Assembly: GCA_951406725.2 (NCBI GenBank)
Contig: OX597821.1
Coordinates: forward strand, 12,152,001 to 12,216,000
Direction of reading: 5' to 3'
Source: Octopus vulgaris
Lineage: Eukaryota
Length of the DNA stretch: 64,000 bases
Positions 54,108 to 64,000 of the stretch are shown one piece after another; within the stretch, counting starts at the first letter, position 1; each line of letters opens with the position of its first letter. The notes beneath the pieces were generated by a model. That model was given only the letters and a program-made list of their open reading frames with translations, did not search any database and had not been told where the DNA came from. Both the position numbers and the translations under genes were made by a program.

Positions 54108-54892
54108 ATAATAATAATAATAATGATGATGATGATGGATGATTACGTTAATGAGGAGGAGGTGGAGAAGAAGAAGTAGGAGGAGAAGGAGGAGGATGAG
54201 AAGAAGAAGAAGGAGGAGGAGGAGGAGGGGGCAGGATTATGAGAAGAAGAAGAAGAAGAAGAAGAAGAAGAAGAAGAAGAAGAAGAAGAAGAAGAAACGT
54301 GTAACAAAACAAAAAAAAACAGACGGTCAAAAAGAATTGAAGAATGGCTGAGTTGTAAATGTGAAGTACAAAATAAAAATCGAAAATTATATAAAAGAAT
54401 AAGATTAAACGAAGGAGAAAAGAATTGGCAGAGCTAGAATTAATATTTGAATTCCAGAAAATATGGCCGTCTGTTTGATGACATTTGTGTTATAAACTGA
54501 CAAGTGACTCCTTAGCAGGAATTATTGAAATTCAGTGTATTAATTACTGAAGAGAAAAATCGAATTATTGCCAAATTAGATTGGAATATAAATAGTGAAT
54601 GATGAAGATGATGGTGATAATCAGGGAGAGGTAACCGAGAAGGTGTAGGAGTAGGATGAAGTAGAAGTTAATGATGATTTCAGCAGCGGTAGCCACGGAG
54701 GCGACTATAACGACGATGAAGATGGAGAGGAGTAGGTGGAGGACATACGATCGCAAAGTAGTCGATGATGGTGATGAAGATGATGATGAGTAGGAGATGG
54801 GAGTGTAGGAAAAAACGAGGGTGACCATTACTAGAATGACGAGGGTGAGCTTGATGCTGAAGGTGACGATAAGGATGACGAGGCCGCCGACA

Positions 54893-54924
<32 letters not shown>

Positions 54925-56110
54925 TATGATGAACATGAACGTGTGGAGAAATAAGATTTCGTTGAGCGGACGATTACTATGACTTGACGCTGACTAGGAT
55001 GAAATTAATAGTGATTACACTAATAAAAACAATGAGGGCAAAAGCAAACCAATACCGAAAAACCTCAACAGTCTGCCCTGTAGTTGTTCATATTACACCA
55101 CGGACATGTTCATAAAATTGCATTCCAAAAAGTGGCGATGAATTGATGTGGAAAATACTTTTCCTATGTTTTGGCTTGCATCTGTTAGGCGACTTTATTA
55201 GAAGACAACCGAGGTCATACCCTCAGAGTTGTGAGTAGAGGTTAAGGAAATATTCTCAGATGAAGTTCATCATTAAAGGAAATGTTTCTTGGAGCATCGC
55301 TTCCCGAATTATGAATATTAGTTACGAATACAATACAAACGTTTTCTCAGATAATTTGAAATTAATGGATCGGGATATAATATCTCATCTCCCAACCAAC
55401 CTTGATCGACCTGAGACGGTAACTCTTTAAATAGAGTTTTTGGCTTTGTTGCAGTGTCCGTAGCTCAGTATAAATATATTCAATGCTGAATATCGGCTGA
55501 AATTTTGGCATGAGGCCAGCAATTTCGGGGGTGGGGTGAGGTTAAGTCTACTACATCGACCCCCGAGATCACATCTTAATTATTGTATCGACCCCGAACG
55601 GATGAAAGACATTGTTGGCTTGGGTCGAAGTTGAACTCTGAGCGTAAAGACGGACGAAGTGTTGATAAACATTTTTTCCGGCATGCTAAAGACTCTGACA
55701 AATATTTTCGAAAGAGAATATCGCAAAAGATTCGGTTTCTACATCGATGCCCTCATCACTGTATGATTTTGATGACTATGAATAGATGTGAACACCGAAA
55801 GCACCAAAGACGATGATTTCTAAGTGAGATGAAGCGAAACATATATCATCCTTGCAGCAAATGATATGATTGAGAAGTTCGAAGATCGCTAAAGGGACCA
55901 ATGTATTTGTAGAAATGACGGATGAAAACTTTGAGCCAAATTAAGTGGAACTCTGTATTGTTTTTTGTCCAGATAAATGTAAAAGAGAATGGAGCCTGCG
56001 TACGATCTGTCGTCACAACATGGAATACAATTTTACTAAGATGTGCCAGAACAGCAAAGATGGATTGACAAAATAGGTTACAGAATTTGTAGTTGAGGAT
56101 GAAGAGAGAA

Positions 56111-56199
56111 AAGAAGAAGAAGAAGAAGAAGAAGAAGAAGAAGAAGAAGAAGAAGAAGAAGAAGAAGAAGAAGAAGAAGAAGAAGAAGAAGAAGAAGAA

Positions 56200-56245
<46 letters not shown>
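56111..56245. repeat. (AAG)n(ATG)n compound microsatellite
   Basis: Direct reading. Confidence 0.95.
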
Positions 56246-56246
<1 letters not shown>

Positions 56247-57164
56247 GTAACGATTATGACGACGACGACAAAGATGCTGATGATGGTTATGATGATAATG
56301 ATATTGAATTTACTGCAAGACCAAACGATGTGCTTAATGAGGAGATACGAGATAAAGAAATGTCTGTAGTTGTCATGAAATTTCCGAGAAGAGCCCAGAG
56401 GTGCACATTTAAAACAAATGGAAACGAATTTTCTTGCTGTTTCTGTTGTTATTTTTGCCGCCAGCACCGTATCTACTCTTCTCGGAGCTTCATCATCGAG
56501 CTTTTTGCACTGCTACTGTACAAGGGCAGAAGTGAACAATAAATGTAGATATAAATATAAATGTGGATGTTGATATATAATGTTGGTTTCAAGCTTCGGT
56601 ACAAGATCAGCAATTTCGATGGAAGGAGTAAGTCGATTACATCAACCATAGTAATCAACTACTATTTGTTATATCGATCCCGAAATGATGAAAGGCAAAG
56701 TCAACCTCTGCAAAATTTGATTTCAGAACGTAATGTGCAAAAGATTCCATGAGACAACTGTCTTAATGTAGATATAAATTACGAAATATAAATATATATT
56801 AACAGATGGGAAGAGAAAAAGGGTGAAAACATCAAGCTGTAAATCTTACGTATTTAACCAGTGGTTTTATTCAGATTCCATAGTTACTCATGTTCTCTCC
56901 TTTTCTGTTTCTGATCTAAAGATTTGGTGATGTTAACTAATGGGGATTTCACTGCGGCATTACCAAAAGACGTTGCTGTATCTTTAATTTTATTTGTGAA
57001 ACTGTATGATGACGAAATACAAACACCCTGAAGCTTGTGGTATAAATAAACTGTCTACATTGTCATCAGATGTGATAGCTCAGATCAACTATAATATAAA
57101 CCAGGCGTAATTTTCTCCAGAAAAAATATCGCGATATAGCGTTCATGCGTTATTTTATTATATA

Positions 57165-59987
57165 CAGTAATCCCTTGCCATATCGCGATTCACTTATCGT
57201 GGCACACCTATCGCGGTTTATTATTTAAGTTAAAACCTTTCATGGTTTTATTTTACTGGAGAGTGCAGTCGTACATCGTGAGAGAGCTAGAGGTATTGTT
57301 ACATTTCTCTTGTTGAATTAATTTTTGTTACCGTTTTGGTGCTGTTACTGCACACCTTCTGTTACAAGTAGACATGTTTTTCGAGAATTTCCCCTTTTCA
57401 CAGGGGTGAACATTTTAATTTTGTTTATGTTTGAAAATACAAAAGATCAACGTTAGTTCAGTAAACGCCCACCAAAGCAAACTTGCATAAATAGTGGACG
57501 ATATATTTCCGGAGTTACCGAACACCAAATAAAACGATAATATACAAATGAATACAGGACTACCAGAGGAAAAATAATGTACATTTCGCAGCAGTAGCTA
57601 CAATTAATGGCGAAACTGTGAACATAAATATCAACGAACTGGATAGATACAAATGCCTCCTACAAAAGGAGAAGGATGTAAAGTTACAAAAACAAGGAGA
57701 ATAATTGATAAGATATTTTCAGTGAAAACAAAAAAATAGACATGGCTTCTAAGGAAGCAATAGAGAAATATCCCAGGCCTACCTAGCAGGAGACAACGTA
57801 TGTGGCGAGAGGCAAAACATTCGCCACCGTTGAAGACCGGTTTCAAACAGAGATGAATGCAAGGCAACAGTAGGCCTCGTTCTCCTACCGATGTACCTTG
57901 GAAGACGTACTTCCAAGGTGAAAGTGGGCGAAAACCAACAGAAGTGGATGTTGCCTGGTTTGTATCAACTATCGTCCTTGGTTTGGAGGATAAAATTACC
58001 ATCCTTCAAGTCACAAAATACCACCAACAGTAATGGCAGAGGCAGGCATGGATCGCTACTGTGTATAGCAACATCGATTCTATTGTTAAGATGAACGTTT
58101 TTTTTTTTCGGAACCGTTCTCCATTGAGCGTTCGGTACGTCAGGCGTGTCTTTTCTCTCCATTTCTCTATGTTTGGCCCTCGAGCCACTACTGCGGATTT
58201 TGGAAGCTATGAGAACTATCCCGCGAGATTTATGGTGTGGAAATTCAGTTTCGGCGTATGCGAACATCACAGTCACCGTATCCCGGGTCGAAAACCTACA
58301 GTGGGTTGGTAAGGCCATAAGGGATTATGAAGCGGTGGCAGGAGCAAAGATTAACCGGGACAAGTCGGTCGGCTTGCAACTCGGCACCTGGAGAGGCAAG
58401 TCGATGCTGACCAGCAGCGTTGTGGGATGTTGGACGGACCAGTTAAAATGCTAGGAGTCTGGTTTGGTCAGGACATCCAGATAGAGATGACTCGGAGCGA
58501 GGTGGCGAGCAGGGTGGCTCTCCTAAGTCAGACCTAGTCTGAGCGGAAGCTATCCCTGAAACGGAGGGTGGAGGTTACAGGTGTGTCTATTGCACGTGTA
58601 ATTACCTACCACATGACCGTCGAGCTTTGTCCAGATTCGTTGCTGCACAAGTTGGAACGCATGCTCTCCCGATTTTTTGTGGAGGAGCAGGGAACCTCTT
58701 CTAAGGCGCTCTATTTGCTGCCAACAACCGCTGAAGAGTGGGCTGAGGATGCCATGACTAAAAATGCGCAGGAATGTGCTGAAGCTGAGGCATCTTTGGC
58801 TCTACCTGGACGGTGAGCAGGGGTGGTCTTCCTTCGTCAGAGTGTTGCTTCCGCGGTTCACCTCATTTGGTGAACTGAACCAATGGATTACACGTAGACC
58901 GAAGTTGGGTGCTTGGCAAGGAGAGTGCTGTCAGGCTCTCTTGCTCCTCTCCCAGGCGGGTAGCACCGGCGTCGGGAGTTACACCTCATCATTTTATAGA
59001 GGGTTCGTAGACTTCAAGTGTAACGACGCGCAAAGAGAAACCATTGGCTTCGATGATGTTCAACATGCGGGCCTGTACGGGAAAACGTTTGGGCCAGGTC
59101 CTGTGGATAATTACCAGAAGTCCCTGGCATGGCAATGTTACCAAAGAACCATACCTATTTGGGATAAACTCTACAAGCATGGTAATCCACCAACGCCAAC
59201 AGATGCGTCCAGAACGGTGAAACATCTGCACGCAATTGTGCAGTTTCCGAAGATTTCGGAACTATGGATGTAAGTCAAGCAACTGCTGTCACGTCTGATA
59301 AGTGCACAACTGTCCCCTGAGTCTATAATTAAGACTGTTCCACCCACTTCTCTGAACAGGGAAGAGCAGGCTTGTTTTCTCTGTGTAGTGGCTATGGAGA
59401 ACGCGAGTGAAAGGGATTGTGACGGGCATCTTCATCTCCAGCTTTGGTTTGGTTAACTTTTTCATTTTACCATCTGAAAGGAAAATAAGACTGGAGAGGC
59501 GATGCTTGTCGGAAAGGGCATTTGAGTAAGGATGGAAGGTTGTTACGGGCATGCTGAGAGGAAATGAACATACTTGAGTGATAACAAAAGGAAGAAACCC
59601 ATGTTTCAATGTTGGTATCTGCTTTGTGGGGTTGGCCACGTCCCTCACTGCATTTTGCTTTAATTCCCTCGGTTTTCATATTTCTCATTTATGTTTAACT
59701 ATATGGCTAACTTCATGTTATTAATCATTCGTTGCCCAACCCCTTGTATGTCTCTGCAACGTCCCCTCTCTGTAGCAGACCAACTTGTTTAAATAACAAT
59801 TCAGTTTATTTAAGCTTACTTAAATTACTTTGTGGTATTCTTTTGCATTTATAATAAAATAAATATATACAAATTATAAAAATAATTTTAAAAATATATA
59901 CTGTACAGTACTGGTTGTACTTCGCAGATTTTCACCTATCGCAATAGGGCATGGAATGTGGCACCCGCGATAGTCGAATGATTACTG
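57165..59987. mobile_element. Old pogo/Tigger-like DNA transposon (degenerate TIRs, TA flanks) interrupted by a LINE
   Basis: Left TA-CAGTAATCCCTTGCCATATCGCG; right end reverse complement CAGTAATCATTCGACTATCGCG, followed by TA. Confidence 0.6.
58113..59790 (+). pseudogene. L1/Tx1-clade LINE ORF2 3' relic
   Basis: RSVRQAC..SP..LALEPLL, SAYA(N)I, YEAVAGAKINRDKS, LGVWFG, RKLSL; many frameshifts. Confidence 0.8.
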
Positions 59988-60696
59988 TATATCATATTTT
60001 AAAACGAACACAGTGTATTGAAGAATGTGATACGATGTATCCAGGTCCAATTTTTTGTTAATGTCTTTTGCAATTTCGCAAAACAGGTGCAAAGGACATA
60101 TGCTAGAGTTGTGCTGTGCCGTTAAAATCGGTTCTACTTTGATTTATTTTTCTAAATTATCAAATGTCCTACCTCTATTCGACCGTATGTCAGAAGAATT
60201 TTATTTGTCAGTTCTGTCTCAAGTGTGTTCTGTTTTCGCTTTCTTTTTTAGATTAATGCCGTTCATATTCACCATGACCTTACACAACGTGATGATTACA
60301 CAAAAGACATAGGTAAAAAGAAAACTGAGAAAATAGTGCGAAAAAATATACCTCAAGAACAAGCTTTGCTGGGTTTTACGAGGGATTCTTGTGTTAATAA
60401 GACCGCTGGGAATTTTCTGATATGCAAGAAAACTGTATATATCGAAGGTGCATTTCTTTTCTGATGTGCAAGAAAACTGTATATATCGAAGGAGCATTTC
60501 TTTTCGATGTAGTGCTGCGCGTTGAATAGAATCGTCCAAAAATTGTCTGCGTTAACGTAATTGATGGCACCAAAGCTAATCTTAGACGTTGCGAAATGCA
60601 CGTGTTATTTATAAGAAGTTTACAAAATATCGTGACGTTATTTGTATCAAAGTTTAGTCTGAATTGTATATTATTTAATTTAGTGACAGTTTAGTG

Positions 60697-60808
60697 AAAG
60701 GATGAAAGGCAAAGTCAACCTCGGCGGAATTTGAACTCAAAGCGTAACGGCAGAGGAATTACCGCTAAGCATTAGGCCCGGCGTGCTAACGTTTCTGCCA
60801 GCTCGCCA
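60697..60808 (-). mobile_element. SINE family 2, 5' fragment (further degraded copies at ~17710, ~55500, ~56580)
   Basis: GAAAGGATGAAAGGCAAAGTCAACCTCGGCGGAATTTGAACTC. Confidence 0.8.
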
Positions 60809-61575
60809 GTTTATGTGTTAATCATTCTATCCAACGCTTTACCCTCTCTGCCAACTCGTTGCGTTGTTAATCCTACACGCTCGATCATTGAATTAAACAT
60901 ATCGTTACTAGTTCGTTGGTGTTTATCTTTAGTTCACTTGATGGTTTCAGCGCTAGATTTCTGGTTTATAGCCATAGCTTTCTGTAGCATCTTGTGTAGC
61001 TGAGCATGTATATAATTACAGTTAGTTTACTTTAGTACTTAACGCTGTTTTACAACATTCCGATTTGATGTCTATAGGAAGATACATTTGTATCAAACGG
61101 ATATTCCACTGATTGATTGAAAAGATTGCTTCTGCAATATTTAACCGTTTGATCTAATGTTGTTTTATCTTGTTTAAAAAAATATCACAGATACTGTCAC
61201 CGAAATGGGTAGTGAGCATAAGTATGTAATCTTTCTTCCTATAGTTAGCTTTAATGTTTGTTATTTAACCACATGATAACTCTTCATGCGTATTCTAAAT
61301 CGCCTAATTCACTTTTTTCTTTTGCTTATCGTTTTGTTATTGTTATAGACTCTGGTCTTGCTTTTTGTAATGTATTTAATGCATTTACACTGACTAATGC
61401 CAACATATAGACGTATATTTGCATGTAGTTATATAGAAACGCATGTATATTGAACATCATGTAAAATGTCTTCTGCGACCATATACTTAATTCCTGCTGC
61501 GAAAATGTATGTTTACTAAACATATTGTAACAAGACTTCTTTACAGCCAGGTTCATCTGTATAGTTACATATATA

Positions 61576-61610
<35 letters not shown>

Positions 61611-64000
61611 ATAGATATATGGATACATAAATGAATAGGTGTATGTGATTTAAAATGCTTTTGATTCATCAGTGGGCGATAAATTACAGATTTCAATACG
61701 TAAATTGATAGATTTGATCTTTGATAAATTAAGTACAAATGTACATCACAAATATATAAACAAATTAATGTACAATGTGGCAAGAACCCTGAAAGAGAGA
61801 TTTTAGAAGGAAAAAAACATTATTGTAAGCAAATGTCTAATTAAAAACTTTCTTCAGCTGTACAGTTATAACTGTTGGGAATATAAAATCCTCACCATGC
61901 ACTTTCATTTAACATGAATAAAGGTTGGTATGATGTCCTAAACTTTAATGCACGGACTACATATATTGATACACAACATCAGTTTTAATAAAACAGAGGT
62001 ACAGATATGCATATAGGAAAGAAGGATAGGTACGATTGAGGAGATTGCGTATATTCGATACATTCGATACAGAAATCGAATATAGATGTTTAATGTGAAA
62101 TGTGAGGTGTAAAATAAATTTCCCGAGCTGTATTGCGTTGAGTAATGCTCAGCAAAGAAGGACAGAGAAATCTAAACGAGATGTGAAAACGTCGAAACAG
62201 ATGTTTGGGCGGACACAAAAATGGCCACGCATACATGCACAAGCATATATATATACACACACACACACACATACAAGCACACACACACACACGCGCTCTC
62301 CCTCTTTCCCACCCCCAATCTCTGTCTCAGTTTTTCTTTCTCTCTTCTACGCACATGCACTCACACACACATGCACGTCTTACAAGGGTCGAAGAATTCT
62401 AGGAATTGAAAATAGGAACCAATAATTTGAAACCCGAAAATGTCTTTACTAAAAGAGATATGCCTAAATCTAATAATAACATATTAGAAAACACAAAAAT
62501 TTATATAAAATCAATGTATTGACCGCATAAGAATCAATGTGAGTTTGATCGAAGTAATTAGATTGAAGAGAGATCAAGAAACGGATCAAAGTATTTCCAC
62601 TAATATTGGTGGTAAAAGTAATTTTGCGATAAACAGAAGTGACATCTACGTTCGATGGAAGAGGTCACGAAATAAATAACTTTGAAGGTCTACTGTAGTT
62701 CAATAATTCCCAATTTTTGCTTAAGGCTAACTTTTCATGAAATAACATATAATAATTCTCACTTTAAAACAAGAGCATCATCCACCGGAAAGATGTAATG
62801 AGTCATGTCGGTAGAGCCCTCCCCTTTAATAAATTTCATTAGAATTGTATTTTGAAACGAATCGAGATATTTATTTTCTAGAGTAACACATATTTGAGAT
62901 CGAATTGTTCGAGGTCTGTTTTCCAGATATTTCAATAAATGTTTGAATAGATATAATTCCTTATGCCTCTGTATACGTTTTGAATTTAGAACTGTTATCA
63001 ATTTGGCCCTCTACTCAAATAATTGAGTAGAGTTAGGGTTAGGGTTAGGGTTCCGTTAAGGGAACAACAACTGAATCTATACAATTATAATTAAGAGTTT
63101 TGTCATTTTTGACTTCGGGGAATCTTTTCTCGTTTAGATTTGAAATTTTGGTGAGATCTTGAGAGATTACATTTAGTGCTTTGAGAATATGCCGTTCTTA
63201 AGATCATCGTTGTAAGAAGCCGACTTTGTGATGAAGGCCGTTTCATCCACTTAGCACTGGAAATTTCACACTCACACACATACACACACATACACACACA
63301 CATACACACACACTTGCACACATACACACACATATGCACACTTGCGGTAACTGATATTTATTAACATCTAAGAAGTTGACACTACACGAATCTCTTGGTC
63401 GTCAGTCAATGAGAGGTATAGCAGAAAGAATACGTGCTGATTATGTAATAGCATAGTTAAAGCGGCGCTAAATAATTAATATGTAGACATATACCTACCC
63501 ACATGAGTAAACCTGTCTTTTTAACACGGTCTTTCCCGAACATTAGATTACATCTAAGTTCGACGGACGAGGTCACGAAATTAATAATTTTGAAGTTGTC
63601 ACCTTTTAAAAAAAAGGTAAATGTTACGATAGAGCCTGGAATGCTTTTCATCATACATTTGGTCTTTCAATGTTGAAAATTATTTAAGAGCAGCAAAAGA
63701 ACAACTACAATAATATATCAAGAACAGGTGTACTACTTTCAACCTTTAGACTTTCGTAACTTTGTAGAGTCTTAGAGTCCGTTACCATATAATTCCTGAT
63801 ACTTGTTATGATGGGTAAAACGTTATCAGAAATTTCTCCAAACTATTCAGTTATATTTGTTTAAGTCCTATGTTGAACAATCTCCGCGGTCGATTTGCGC
63901 TTTCAGGCTATAAGATTGATAAAATAATCGATAATCAATTACTGTAATGTATTCATCGACATTAAACACCCACAAACTTATATATTGCTGCCAACGCTAA

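Noticed and set aside
56260-56542. Possible exon in the 149-aa ORF
   Set aside because: The N-terminal half is microsatellite and the rest has no recognisable domain
60413-60505. 44-bp tandem duplication
   Set aside because: Ordinary two-copy slippage; no structure or function evident

Overview
AT-rich, microsatellite-saturated eukaryotic (animal) DNA with no recognisable host protein-coding gene; most predicted ORFs are translations of simple repeats. The tRNA-derived SINE families suggest an octopus/cephalopod intron or intergenic region (inference). The window holds four SINE families, (TAA)n-embedded R4/Dong-like restriction-like-endonuclease (RLE) LINEs, CR1-, RTE- and L1/Tx1-like fragments, Tc1/mariner/pogo relics and two Penelope-like (PLE, GIY-YIG) elements. 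The main finding is a 2.3-kb array (39480-41781) of five ~491-bp non-coding units. Four units carry an intact type I hammerhead ribozyme core and the fifth a disrupted one. They are arranged 2+3 head-to-head inside (TA)n, like a retrozyme or circRNA-producing element. At least seven further hammerhead-like loci occur, three of them with the same divergent inverted geometry in microsatellites. One lies in the 3' region of a GIY-YIG PLE, suggesting a PLE/retrozyme system that targets (TA)n. All family names come from motif recognition, not database searches.
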